A model generated the notes under the pieces. The model had not been told where the DNA came from. It did no database searches and worked only from the letters and a program-made list of their open reading frames with translations. This document shows positions 9,504 through 20,195 of a stretch of DNA of 64,000 bases, one piece after another. Origin of the DNA: Arcobacteraceae bacterium (GTDB taxonomy: Bacteria; Campylobacterota; Campylobacteria; Campylobacterales; Arcobacteraceae); assembly GCA_963662945.1 (NCBI GenBank), contig OY759974.1, forward strand, positions 1,440,001 to 1,504,000, given 5' to 3'. A program made the translations under genes and the position numbers. The first letter of the stretch is position 1, and each line of letters opens with the position of its first letter.

Positions 9504-11782
9504 GCGAAAGAATACAACATAGAGGAAAGCTGATAACTATAACTATTGATGGTAAAAGTTGTGAAGGTATTTTTGGTCAAACAATACTTGAAATTGCAAG
9601 AGCAAATGATATCTATATCCCAACTATGTGTTATCTGACAAAAGTTTCCCCAATAACTGCATGTAGAATGTGTGTAGTTGATGTGGAAGGTTTGGATAAG
9701 CCTGTTTTATCGTGTCAAGAAAAAGCAGTAGATGGTACAGTGGTTACTACAAATAATGAAGAGCTTTTTAGACATAGACAAAATATTATGAAAATGTATG
9801 ATGTAAATCATCCATTACAATGTGGAGTTTGTGATAAAAGTGGAGAGTGTGATTTACAAAATAAAACATTAGAATTTAGTGTAGATTCACAAGAGTTTGC
9901 AGTAAAAGAACCAGCACGTAAGAAAAAGAAATGGGGTATTTTAGGTTATGATCCAAGCCTTTGTATTATGTGTGAGAAATGTGTACATACTTGTAATGAA
10001 GTTATAGGAAGTGCTGCACTTTATGTAAAACCAGGTGGTTATAAATCAATAATTGATATGAAGTTTTCAAGATGTGAACAGTGTGGAGATTGTATCTCTG
10101 TGTGTCCAGTTGGTGCTTTAGTATCAAATGAATTTAAATATACAGCAAATGCTTGGGAATCAAAAAAAATACCAGCAACTTGTGCTCATTGTAGCAGCGG
10201 GTGTGCTTTATATTACAATGTTAAAAATTCAGAAATATCAGACCCTTATAATAAAAAAATCACAAGAGTAACAAACGACTTTGACTTTAACTATTTATGT
10301 GGAGCTGGAAGATTTGGTTTTGAGTTTGAAAATAAAGGAAGTGGCAAAAATCCTCAAGAATTACAAAAAGCTATTGAAACTATTAAAAATAGTGAAGCAA
10401 TAATATTTAATTCTTATATTACAAATGAAGAAGCAAAAATACTTCAAGCATTAAAAGAAAATATAGGTATAAAACTTATTAATGAAGATGCTTATAATTA
10501 TAAAAACTTTTTAGAAAATTATAAAAAAGCAAGTGGTAATTCACTTTATACAGCAGATTCAAAAGATATAGAAGCTAGTGATGCAGTTATAATGATAGGA
10601 ACAAGAGTTAGCAGAGACAATCCTGGAATTAAGTATGCTACAAATATTGCAACAAAAAAACAAAGAGCAGAATTTATTTATATGCATCCAATGGATGATA
10701 TAGCACTACAAAATAAATATACACAATTTGTAAAATATGAAGCAGGTAGTGAAGAAGGGGTTATAGCATTACTTGCTTCTTATCTAATAAAAGATGTTCC
10801 AGTTGAACATAAAGAATTTTTTGATGATTTAGATATTGGGTATTTAAGTGGTGAATCAAGTGTAGGTGAAGAAGAGTTAGACAATATTGTAAAAAAACTT
10901 ATAAGAAGAAAAAATAAAACACTTATTATTGGTGAAGACCTCTATGGACACTCAAATGGTTCAAATATTGCAAAGCTAGTTGGACTTATTGATAAATGTA
11001 CAGATTTTAATGTTATGTTAGTTCCATCACAAACAAATACTCTGGGTGTAAGTTTAATATGTGATTTAGATGCAAACATAGATGCAGGTTTTAAAACTGT
11101 AGGTTATAATGAAAATGCTGATTATGTAATAAGTAGTAATGGTGATGGAGACTTCCAAGTTCCAGCACTTAATCAACAAGAAGGTACTTTTGTTGATTTA
11201 AATAAAAAAGTTGTTAATACAAATGTTGCACTTTCATTTGATGGTTATTGTTTAAATGATATTGCAAATGGATTACTTAAAGACAACAAAGTAAACAGTA
11301 TAGACTATACTTCACAACTTCCAGCGAAGAGCGGATTTAAAAATATTTGTTTTGATGAATTAAATAATGGTTATAATAAATATGGTGAAGATTTGAGAGG
11401 ATACTATTTAGTAAATAGTAAATGTGATGAAGAAGGGTGTATTTTAGAGGAAGTTTCAGATATAAATACGTATAATGGGACGGTAATTTATAGATGTGAG
11501 CCACTTCATCAATTTAATAAAAGCACAGCAAAATCTTTACAACTACAATCTAATGATAGTTTAAGAGGAAGTGCATCTTTTGCAACAGCTGCAAAGATAA
11601 AAGATGGAGATACAGTTAATATAGTATATAATAATAGTATAACAACTAAAAAATTTAAGATTGATACAACAATAAAAGGTACGATAGCGCTTTATCCTAC
11701 ATATAGTAGTGGGTTAAGTAGTGACTTAATACCTAGTGGGTATAGATTTAAGCAAGTTCAAATTCAAAAGGTTGAAGAGTAA
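9500..11782 (+). CDS. nuoG: NuoG/SfrA-like Fe-S protein, paralog 1 (keeps CxxCxxxC...C cluster)
   Basis: 2Fe-2S (MCY...ACRMC...SC), HPLQCGVCDKSGEC, two 4Fe-4S motifs, CAHCSSGC...LCGAG. Start set at ATG 9500 (ATGA overlap). Confidence 0.82.
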   Translation: MSERIQHRGKLITITIDGKSCEGIFGQTILEIARANDIYIPTMCYLTKVSPITACRMCVVDVEGLDKPVLSCQEKAVDGTVVTTNNEELFRHRQNIMKMYDVNHPLQCGVCDKSGECDLQNKTLEFSVDSQEFAVKEPARKKKKWGILGYDPSLCIMCEKCVHTCNEVIGSAALYVKPGGYKSIIDMKFSRCEQCGDCISVCPVGALVSNEFKYTANAWESKKIPATCAHCSSGCALYYNVKNSEISDPYNKKITRVTNDFDFNYLCGAGRFGFEFENKGSGKNPQELQKAIETIKNSEAIIFNSYITNEEAKILQALKENIGIKLINEDAYNYKNFLENYKKASGNSLYTADSKDIEASDAVIMIGTRVSRDNPGIKYATNIATKKQRAEFIYMHPMDDIALQNKYTQFVKYEAGSEEGVIALLASYLIKDVPVEHKEFFDDLDIGYLSGESSVGEEELDNIVKKLIRRKNKTLIIGEDLYGHSNGSNIAKLVGLIDKCTDFNVMLVPSQTNTLGVSLICDLDANIDAGFKTVGYNENADYVISSNGDGDFQVPALNQQEGTFVDLNKKVVNTNVALSFDGYCLNDIANGLLKDNKVNSIDYTSQLPAKSGFKNICFDELNNGYNKYGEDLRGYYLVNSKCDEEGCILEEVSDINTYNGTVIYRCEPLHQFNKSTAKSLQLQSNDSLRGSASFATAAKIKDGDTVNIVYNNSITTKKFKIDTTIKGTIALYPTYSSGLSSDLIPSGYRFKQVQIQKVEE

Positions 11783-14226
11783 TGGATAATATGATAAATG
11801 TAACTATTGATGGCAAGCAGTGTCAAGCAAAAGAGGGCGAATTTATATTAAATGTTGCAAGAGCAAATGGTATTTTTGTTCCTGCTATTTGTTATCAAAC
11901 AAAGTGTTCACCAACACTAGCTTGTCGATTGTGTTTAGTAGAAGCAGATGGAAAACAAGTATATGCATGTAATGCCAAAGCAAAAGATGGTATGCAAATC
12001 ACTGTAAATACTCCAAACATTGAAAAAGAAAGACGAGCTATTATGGAAGTTTACGATGTAAATCATCCATTACAATGTGGGGTTTGTGATCAAAGTGGGG
12101 AGTGTGAACTACAGAATTACTCTTTATATATGAAAGTTGATTCTCAAAACTATGCAGTTCAAGATGTAAATAGACCAGCATCAAACTGGGGAGTTATGAA
12201 ATATGACCCAGGACTTTGTATTGTATGTGAAAAGTGTGTAACTGTATGTAAAGATATGATAGGTTCGAATGCACTTGGAACTGTAAAAAGAGGTGCTGAA
12301 GCACTTGATAAAGAATACAAAGATAATATGCCAAAAGATGCTTATGCTATGTGGAATAAGCTTAATAAAAACCTGATTGGATTTGAAGAAGAAAAGTGTA
12401 TTGACTGTGGAGAGTGTATCGCAGTTTGTCCAGTTGGTGCATTAGTAAGTTCAGATTTCCAATATAAATCAAATGCATGGGAATTAACAAAAGTACCAGC
12501 ATCAAATCCTTATTCATCAGATTGTTCACTTATGTACTATGAAGTGAAGCATGATACGATTGAAAATAATACTGAGAAAAAAATCTATAGAGTAACAAAC
12601 GATGCACATTATGTGAGTTTAAGTGGGGCAGCAAGATTTGGATTTGATTATGTAAATAAATCAACTAAAGATGAAATTGCATTTAAAAATGCAGTTGAAG
12701 CTGTAAAGAACGCAGAATCAATTATATTTAATTCTTTTATTACAAATGAAGAAGCTCAAATACTTCAAAAAATCAAAGAACAAACAGGTGCAAAACTTAT
12801 CAATATAGATGCATTAAAATATAAAAACTTTTTAGAAGGATATTCATCGGTTACAGGGAAAAGTTTTTACAATGCTACATTAGAAGATGTTCATAATAGT
12901 AACTTTGTAATTTCTGTAGGATCATTTTTAAAATCAGATGCACCAGTTGTGAAATATGCTTTTAATAATGCACTTACTATGAACAAAGGAGCAGGATTAT
13001 ATTTCCATCCGATGGGAGATAATCATATAAAAGGATTTAGTAAAAATATAGAGACAATTGCCTCTAATCCATTAAGTGAAGAGGCAATTTTATATTTTAT
13101 ACTAGACAAATTTGGTAAAGATTTACCAAGTATCGTTTCAGAATACTTAACATCACAAAACGAAACAAGAACTAAAACAGTTGTAGAAACTGTAAAAGAA
13201 GAAGTTGTGGAAACTGTTACTGATGAAGAAACAGGAGAAACAAAAGAGGTTACTAAAATGGTACCTAAAAAAGTATCAACTGAAGTAGAATATGTGTATA
13301 GTAAACTACTTGATATTATTGGTGCTGATGCTACATTATTAGAAACATTAGAAACTATGCTTGATAAAAAAGATAGTTTTAGTTTAATTATTGGTGAAGA
13401 TTGTATCTCTCATCCAAATAGTGAGAATATTTCAAAATTAGCTGGAATGATAGAAAAATATACAGATTTTAAAGTATTAGTAGTACCAACACAAACAAAT
13501 ACTTTAGGGGTAAGTTTATTATGTGATTTGGATGTAATAGCTACTGGAAAAACTGTTGGATATAATATGAAAGCAGATTTCCAATTAAGTGCATTGGGTG
13601 ATGGTGATCTTGATATGCCAGTACTTTCTCAACAAGAGGGAACCTTTGTAAATATTAATAAAACAGTTGTACCAACAAATGCAGCAGTTGTTTATAGTGG
13701 ATATACTTTAAACGACATAGCAAATGAAATTTTAGGCAATAAAGTTCATAACACAATAGATTATACAGCAACTCTATTCAATAAAGTAGCTTTTGATTCT
13801 TTAGAAAATCATTATTCTAATGATAGAGTTGAACATAGAGGATATATTTTAGAGTCACAAACAGTTACAGTTTTAGATGAAAATGTAAAAAATGAGTTTA
13901 AAACAATAAAATGTGAAGAAAATGAGTATATTATTTACAGTGGAAATCCAATAAATCAATTTAATGAGTTTACAGCTGTATCAAATCAACTAAAAAATGA
14001 TATAGTTGCTTTATATTTATCAGAAAGCTTAAAAGAAAAACTACAATTAGAAGATGATAATAAAGTTGAAGTAATATCAAATGGAAATACAATTATACTT
14101 GATATAAGAGTGGACAAAGATTTAGTTGGTGAGATAGCTTATGTTCCAACATTTGATAAAAATATAGAAACGAAAAATTTATTTGATAACTGTAGATACA
14201 GTAAAGCAAATTTAAGAAGGGTGTAA
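11782..14226 (+). CDS. nuoG: NADH-quinone oxidoreductase subunit G, paralog 2 (epsilon-type)
   Basis: ICY...ACRLC...AC, HPLQCGVCDQSGEC, CIVCEKC, CIDCGECIAVCP, MPKDAYAMWNK insert. Directly before nuoH. Confidence 0.9.
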   Translation: MDNMINVTIDGKQCQAKEGEFILNVARANGIFVPAICYQTKCSPTLACRLCLVEADGKQVYACNAKAKDGMQITVNTPNIEKERRAIMEVYDVNHPLQCGVCDQSGECELQNYSLYMKVDSQNYAVQDVNRPASNWGVMKYDPGLCIVCEKCVTVCKDMIGSNALGTVKRGAEALDKEYKDNMPKDAYAMWNKLNKNLIGFEEEKCIDCGECIAVCPVGALVSSDFQYKSNAWELTKVPASNPYSSDCSLMYYEVKHDTIENNTEKKIYRVTNDAHYVSLSGAARFGFDYVNKSTKDEIAFKNAVEAVKNAESIIFNSFITNEEAQILQKIKEQTGAKLINIDALKYKNFLEGYSSVTGKSFYNATLEDVHNSNFVISVGSFLKSDAPVVKYAFNNALTMNKGAGLYFHPMGDNHIKGFSKNIETIASNPLSEEAILYFILDKFGKDLPSIVSEYLTSQNETRTKTVVETVKEEVVETVTDEETGETKEVTKMVPKKVSTEVEYVYSKLLDIIGADATLLETLETMLDKKDSFSLIIGEDCISHPNSENISKLAGMIEKYTDFKVLVVPTQTNTLGVSLLCDLDVIATGKTVGYNMKADFQLSALGDGDLDMPVLSQQEGTFVNINKTVVPTNAAVVYSGYTLNDIANEILGNKVHNTIDYTATLFNKVAFDSLENHYSNDRVEHRGYILESQTVTVLDENVKNEFKTIKCEENEYIIYSGNPINQFNEFTAVSNQLKNDIVALYLSESLKEKLQLEDDNKVEVISNGNTIILDIRVDKDLVGEIAYVPTFDKNIETKNLFDNCRYSKANLRRV

Positions 14227-14229
14227 GAG

Positions 14230-15189
14230 ATGGATAATGATATTATAATGACGATTGTCAAAGTATTAGTTATTTTGCTTGTGTTTTCAGCATTAGCTGG
14301 ATTTACTACATATATAGAGAGAAAAGTTTTAGCATTTATGCAAAGAAGACCAGGTCCACTGCACGTTGGACCTTATGGAGTATTACAAATTTTAGCAGAT
14401 GGTGCTAAACTTTTTACAAAAGAAGACTTCATCCCACAAAATGCTAATAGACTGATATTTATGGTAGCACCAGTTATAACTGCTGCTACTGCATTTATTG
14501 CGATGACAGCAGTTCCATTTGTACCAGGTGTGATTGTATCTGATATTAATGTTGGTGTATTATTTGTATTAGGTGTTATGGCAACAGGACTTTATGGTCC
14601 ACTTCTTGGTGGTATGTCACAAGCAAATAAATGGGGACTTCTTGGAGGTGCGAGAACTGCAATTCAACTTTTATCTTATGAAGTTGTTACAGGTTTATCA
14701 ATCTTGGCACCATTAATGTTAGTTGGGAGTTTATCATTAATTGATATTAACAACTATCAAGCTGGAGGAGTTTCAAATTGGTTAATCTGGACACAACCAG
14801 TAGCATTTTTCTTATTTTTAATTGCTGGATATGCTGAAACAAACAGAACACCATTTGACCTTTTAGAGCATGAAGCTGAGGTTGTTGCTGGATATGCTAC
14901 AGAGTATTCGGGTATGAGATGGGGTATGTTCTTTATTGGAGAGTATGCAAACCTATTTACTGTTTCATTTTTAACAGCATTAATGTTCTTGGGTGGATTT
15001 AATGATTTATGGTTTATTCCAGGTGCTATTGCTATTTTACTTAAAGTAATGTTTTTAATATTTTTATTTTTATGGACAAGAGCATCTTGGCCACATGTAA
15101 GACCAGATCAACTTATGTGGTTATGTTGGAAAATATTAATGCCATTAGCATTATTTAATATTTTAGTTACAGCTATTGTAGTTATATAG
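14230..15189 (+). CDS. nuoH: NADH-quinone oxidoreductase subunit H
   Basis: ERKVLAFMQRRPGP, AETNRTPFDL, RPDQLM. Confidence 0.98.
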   Translation: MDNDIIMTIVKVLVILLVFSALAGFTTYIERKVLAFMQRRPGPLHVGPYGVLQILADGAKLFTKEDFIPQNANRLIFMVAPVITAATAFIAMTAVPFVPGVIVSDINVGVLFVLGVMATGLYGPLLGGMSQANKWGLLGGARTAIQLLSYEVVTGLSILAPLMLVGSLSLIDINNYQAGGVSNWLIWTQPVAFFLFLIAGYAETNRTPFDLLEHEAEVVAGYATEYSGMRWGMFFIGEYANLFTVSFLTALMFLGGFNDLWFIPGAIAILLKVMFLIFLFLWTRASWPHVRPDQLMWLCWKILMPLALFNILVTAIVVI

Positions 15190-15203
15190 TAAGGGTTTTA
15201 ATT

Positions 15204-15827
15204 ATGAGTTTTAAAGAATTAAAAGATAGAAATGTGGGAAGCCAAAACTATGTGATGATGGATATTGAAGATTATCCAACATCTGGTTGGGATAAGTTCA
15301 AACAAATTATGGATAGAGGATTAAGCGTTGAATTATTTAAAGGGTTAGGGATAACTTTTAAAATAATGAAAGATGTGCTGTTCAATGGACAATCACACAA
15401 TACACAATATCCTATAGAAAAATTACCTATAAGTCCAAGATATAGAGCTGTTCATAAGCTTTTAGGATTATTAGAAAGTGGAAACAATAGATGTATTGGT
15501 TGTGGGCTTTGTGAAAAAATATGTATTGCAAAATGCATAAGAATGGATACAAAAATTGATGAAAATTCAAGAAAAGAAGTTATGGAATACACTATTAACT
15601 TAGGAAGATGTATTTTCTGTGGTTATTGTGCTGAAGTATGTCCAGAACTTGCTATTGTACATGGTGATAGATATGAGAATGCTAGTGAACAAAGAGAACA
15701 TTTTGTATTAAAAGACGATCTTCTTACTCCGTTTGCTGAACTTCAAAATCAACTTGAATATCAAGGATTTGGTGCAATTTCACCAGATGCTGATAAAAAA
15801 ATTAAAAAAACGCCATTGGCTTATTAA
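15204..15827 (+). CDS. nuoI: NADH-quinone oxidoreductase subunit I
   Basis: RCIGCGLCEKIC and RCIFCGYCAEVCP. Confidence 0.97.
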   Translation: MSFKELKDRNVGSQNYVMMDIEDYPTSGWDKFKQIMDRGLSVELFKGLGITFKIMKDVLFNGQSHNTQYPIEKLPISPRYRAVHKLLGLLESGNNRCIGCGLCEKICIAKCIRMDTKIDENSRKEVMEYTINLGRCIFCGYCAEVCPELAIVHGDRYENASEQREHFVLKDDLLTPFAELQNQLEYQGFGAISPDADKKIKKTPLAY

Positions 15828-15838
15828 AGGATTAAGAT

Positions 15839-16417
15839 ATGTTTGAAGTAGTAGCTTTTTATCTGTTTGCTTTTTTAACAATAGCAATGTTTAGTATTGT
15901 AGTGATTACAAAAAATCCACTATATGCTTTAAGTTCACTGGCAGCTGGGATGATATTTATATCAGCATTTTTCTTCCTTTTAGGAGCTGAATTTTTAGGT
16001 GCAGTACAAATTGTTGTATATACAGGGGCTGTAATGGCTTTATATGCATTTGGTATGATGTTTTTTGATTCAATAAATGATGTAAAAGAATCAGTAGCAA
16101 ATCCAAGAGTAACATTTATGATGACAGGAATTATTGCATTATTAGTAGTAGCAATATTTATGGCTCCAATTATTGGTGCAAATGCAACAGCACATTATCC
16201 AATACATGAAGCATATGGAAATACACAAGATATCGGTTTAGTATTATTTACAAAATACCTTGTTCCTTTTGAAGTAGCTGCAGTTATGTTACTTGTAGCT
16301 ATGATAGGTGGAATTATACTTGCTGGTAAAAAAATGGATATTTCAATTACTCAATTAACAGAGCAAGAGATTGATAACCATAAAACAGATACAGAGATAG
16401 CAAAGGATATTAAATGA
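15839..16417 (+). CDS. nuoJ: NADH-quinone oxidoreductase subunit J
   Basis: AEFLGAVQIVVYTGAVM, PFEVAAVMLLVAMIG. Confidence 0.96.
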   Translation: MFEVVAFYLFAFLTIAMFSIVVITKNPLYALSSLAAGMIFISAFFFLLGAEFLGAVQIVVYTGAVMALYAFGMMFFDSINDVKESVANPRVTFMMTGIIALLVVAIFMAPIIGANATAHYPIHEAYGNTQDIGLVLFTKYLVPFEVAAVMLLVAMIGGIILAGKKMDISITQLTEQEIDNHKTDTEIAKDIK

Positions 16418-16719
16418 GTGTAACATTAAATGATTATTTAATACTAAGTACAATTATCTTTATGATAGGTATGTATGGAGCATTAAGAAGAAAAAATTTA
16501 CTGATGTTATTTTTCTCAACAGAGATTATGTTAAATGCAGTAAATATTGGAATGGCTGCAATTTCTAAATTTCATGGAGATTTAACTGGTCAAATGTTTG
16601 CATTTTTTATTATTGCAATTGCGGCAAGTGAAGTAGCAATAGGTCTAGGTCTTTTAGTATTGTGGTTTAAACGAAACAATAATATTAACTTAGATTCATT
16701 ACAAAGTATGAAGGGATAG
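16414..16719 (+). CDS. nuoK: NADH-quinone oxidoreductase subunit K
   Basis: RKNL...EIMLNA...AASEVAIGL, 101 aa. Confidence 0.97.
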   Translation: MSVTLNDYLILSTIIFMIGMYGALRRKNLLMLFFSTEIMLNAVNIGMAAISKFHGDLTGQMFAFFIIAIAASEVAIGLGLLVLWFKRNNNINLDSLQSMKG

Positions 16720-16723
16720 AGGT

Positions 16724-18655
16724 ATGGAGAGTTATTTATATATTGCACTTTTTGCTCCACTTGTTGGATCATTATTTGCAGCACTATTTGGTAATAGTCC
16801 AAAGAAATTGTTTGTAGGTGTTATCACTTCTGCACTTTTAGCAGTTTCATTAATAGCATCAATTAGTTTATTGATGCATGTTTATCTAACAGAATCAATT
16901 GTTCATGTGAAAATGTTAGATTGGATTGTTATAGGTAATGTTGATATTCCTTTTGGATTTGTTGTTGATCAAGTAAGTGTTGTTATGATGGTAGTTGTTA
17001 CAATCGTTTCAACAATGGTACATATTCATTCAATAGGATATATGGATCACGATAAAAGTTTTAATAGATTTTTTGCTTGGTTATCAGCGTTTGTATTCTC
17101 AATGATGATTCTTGTTATGTCTGATAACTTTGCTGGATTATTTATAGGTTGGGAAGGAGTTGGTCTTTGTTCTTGGGGACTAATTGGATTTTGGTATCAT
17201 AAAGAAGATATTAAAAGAAGTAAAAATATTGAAGAATCACCATATTCTACATTATCACCATACTCTTCAAAATCTCCATCATGGGCGGCAAATGAAGCAT
17301 TTATTATGAATAGAGTTGCTGACCTTGGTATGTTGATTGGATTGTTCTTAATTTTTTGGAATATTGGTTCTTTACAATATAATGTTGTATTTTCACAAAT
17401 TGGAACACTTGATCATGGTTTAATAGTAGCAATTGGAGCTTTTCTTTTTATAGGTGCTATGGGTAAATCAGCACAGTTTCCATTTAATACATGGCTTGCA
17501 AATGCTATGGAAGGTCCAACACCAGTTTCAGCACTTATTCACGCTGCAACAATGGTAACAGCAGGGGTATATTTAGTAATTAGAGCAAATGAGATATTCA
17601 CAGTTATTCCTGAAGTTGGATATTTTATAGCTAGTCTAGGTGCATTTGTAGCAATTGGTGCAGCATTAATGGCATTAGTTGCAACTAATATGAAGAAAAT
17701 TATTGCATTCTCAACATTATCACAACTTGGATATATGTTTGTTGCAGCTGGTCTTGGTGCATACTGGGTAGCATTATTCCACCTTGCAACTCATGCATTC
17801 TTTAAATCTGTATTATTCTTAGGTGCAGGTAATGTTATGCATGCAACAAATGATGAGATTAATATTAAAAAAATGGGTGGTTTAGCTAAACATATGCCAC
17901 AAACAGCATTAATTATGACAATAGCTTCAGTAGCACTTGCAGGTATTTTCCCATTAGCAGGTTTCTTCTCAAAAGATTTAATTTTAGAAGTTGCTTATGG
18001 AAGTCATGCATATGTTTTATGGACAGTATTATGGATAACAGCAGGTTTAACAGCCTTTTATTCATTTAGACTTGTAATGTATGTATTTCATGGAAAAGAA
18101 AATTATGATCATGCAAAAGTACATCCACATGAAACATATCCATTTGTAATTGCTGCTATGTCACCGTTAGCAATCTTAGCAATTTGTGCAGGATGGTTTG
18201 AACATCAATTTGTAGAGATGGTAACTAAAGTATTACCACCACTTGATATTCATGTGAATCCAACAGTATTTTATTCACTAATTGCAGTAACAACTGCTAT
18301 TGCATTAGGTGGTATTATATTTGCTGTAGTGAAATTTAAAAAAGATGGTACATATTACAGTGAAAAAATGAAAAATAGATTTTGTTATAAAGTATTAGCA
18401 AATCAATATTATTTACCACATTTTTGGGAAGCAGCAGTAAGTAAACCTTATACAAAATTATCTGAATTTAGTTGGAAAGAGATTGATTTAAAAATTATTG
18501 ATACTATTGTAGATGGTATTGCAAAAGGTATTTATGGTGGTGGAGAAGCTGGAACTTCTATGCAATCAGGTAACTTATCAAAAGCTTTAAAATGGATGGG
18601 AATAGGTATATTTATTCTTATCATATTAGTTGTAGTTTTTGGCAATTTGAAGTAA
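16724..18655 (+). CDS. nuoL: NADH-quinone oxidoreductase subunit L
   Basis: GWEGVGLCS, GKSAQFP, AMEGPTPVSALIHAATMV. Confidence 0.98.
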   Translation: MESYLYIALFAPLVGSLFAALFGNSPKKLFVGVITSALLAVSLIASISLLMHVYLTESIVHVKMLDWIVIGNVDIPFGFVVDQVSVVMMVVVTIVSTMVHIHSIGYMDHDKSFNRFFAWLSAFVFSMMILVMSDNFAGLFIGWEGVGLCSWGLIGFWYHKEDIKRSKNIEESPYSTLSPYSSKSPSWAANEAFIMNRVADLGMLIGLFLIFWNIGSLQYNVVFSQIGTLDHGLIVAIGAFLFIGAMGKSAQFPFNTWLANAMEGPTPVSALIHAATMVTAGVYLVIRANEIFTVIPEVGYFIASLGAFVAIGAALMALVATNMKKIIAFSTLSQLGYMFVAAGLGAYWVALFHLATHAFFKSVLFLGAGNVMHATNDEINIKKMGGLAKHMPQTALIMTIASVALAGIFPLAGFFSKDLILEVAYGSHAYVLWTVLWITAGLTAFYSFRLVMYVFHGKENYDHAKVHPHETYPFVIAAMSPLAILAICAGWFEHQFVEMVTKVLPPLDIHVNPTVFYSLIAVTTAIALGGIIFAVVKFKKDGTYYSEKMKNRFCYKVLANQYYLPHFWEAAVSKPYTKLSEFSWKEIDLKIIDTIVDGIAKGIYGGGEAGTSMQSGNLSKALKWMGIGIFILIILVVVFGNLK

Positions 18656-18668
18656 GGAAGGAAGGTAA

Positions 18669-20195
18669 ATGGAACACATTTTATCAATTTTAATATTTTT
18701 CCCAGCATTTGCAGCTGTTATGGGGTTTATGGTACATAAAGATGCAATAAGAACTTATGGGATTACAGTTACAGCAATTGAGTTTCTACTTTCTTGCTTT
18801 TTGTGGGCTAGTTTTGATTCTAACTATGCAGGTATGCAGTTTAGTGAATTTATACCAGTAATTTCACAATATGGTATTGCATATAATTTAGGTGTAGATG
18901 GCATTTCATTATTTTTAATTTTAATGACAACATTTATGACTATGATTTCTATTATTGGATTAACAGAAAAAAGAGATTTAAAAAATCTTATTTTAACAGT
19001 GTTATTTTTAGAAATGACAATGGTAGGAGTGTTTGTTGCACTTGATGCAATTATATTTTATGTATTTTGGGAACTATCACTAATCCCTATGTTATATATT
19101 GTTGGTGCATGGGGAGGAAAACTTCGAATTTATGCATCAATCAAATTTTTCTTATATACATTTACAGGTTCATTAGTAATGCTTGTTGGTATGTTATATT
19201 TAGGATATGTATATTTTCAAACAACAGGAAACTGGAGTTTTAGTATCTTAGACTGGAATATGATGATGCTTCCAATAGATATGCAGATGTGGTTATTTGT
19301 TGCATTTTTCCTAGGATTTGCTATTAAAGTACCAATGGTGCCATTTCATACATGGCTTCCTTATGCACATGGTCAAGCACCAACAATAGGTTCTGTAATT
19401 CTTGCAGCAATTTTACTAAAAATGGGAACATATGGATTTATTAGATTCTCATTACCTTTATTTCCAGATGCAAGTGTTGCTATGATGATACCTATGGCAA
19501 TTTTAGCAATAGTTGCTATTGTTTATACAGCACTTGTTGCTTATGCTCAAGAAGATATAAAACAAGTGATTGCATACTCATCAGTATCACACATGGGTGT
19601 AATTATACTTGGTATTTTTGCATTAAATGTTGAAGGTATTGGAGGGTCAATATTTTTAATGATATCTCATGGTATTGTTTCTGGTGCACTGTTCATGTTA
19701 GTAGGTGTAATTTATGATAGAAGACATACTAAAATGATGAATGAGTTTGGTGGTTTAGCGAAAGTAATGCCTATGTATGCAACAATATTTGGAATTATGC
19801 TTATGGCATCAGTTGGATTACCACTTACAATTGGTTTTGTTGGTGAGTTCCTAAGTTTACTTGGATTTTTTGCTGTATCACCAGTTTTAACAGGAATTGC
19901 AGGAACAACAATAATTTTAGGTGCAGTTTATATGTTAGTACTTTACAAAAAAACATTTTTTGGACCAATTACAAATCCAATTAATGAAAAACTACAAGAT
20001 ATAAAAGGTAGAGAGGTCGCAGCACTTGTACCACTAGTAATGTTAGTAGTATATTTAGGTGTATATCCAAAACCTATCTTAGAACCTGTTGATAAATCAG
20101 TAAAACAACTTGTTCAGGTTATGTATCTTAAATCTGTTACACCAGAGGCAAAAGCTAAAATTGCAACAGTAAATACAATAGGGGAGACAAAATAA
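18669..20195 (+). CDS. nuoM: NADH-quinone oxidoreductase subunit M
   Basis: [29 protein letters not shown]. Confidence 0.98.
   Translation: MEHILSILIFFPAFAAVMGFMVHKDAIRTYGITVTAIEFLLSCFLWASFDSNYAGMQFSEFIPVISQYGIAYNLGVDGISLFLILMTTFMTMISIIGLTEKRDLKNLILTVLFLEMTMVGVFVALDAIIFYVFWELSLIPMLYIVGAWGGKLRIYASIKFFLYTFTGSLVMLVGMLYLGYVYFQTTGNWSFSILDWNMMMLPIDMQMWLFVAFFLGFAIKVPMVPFHTWLPYAHGQAPTIGSVILAAILLKMGTYGFIRFSLPLFPDASVAMMIPMAILAIVAIVYTALVAYAQEDIKQVIAYSSVSHMGVIILGIFALNVEGIGGSIFLMISHGIVSGALFMLVGVIYDRRHTKMMNEFGGLAKVMPMYATIFGIMLMASVGLPLTIGFVGEFLSLLGFFAVSPVLTGIAGTTIILGAVYMLVLYKKTFFGPITNPINEKLQDIKGREVAALVPLVMLVVYLGVYPKPILEPVDKSVKQLVQVMYLKSVTPEAKAKIATVNTIGETK

Noticed and set aside
13170-13290. Repetitive GAAAC/GTTGT stretch in nuoG paralog 2 as a tandem repeat or CRISPR
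   Set aside because: It is in-frame low-complexity coding sequence with no fixed repeat-spacer structure.
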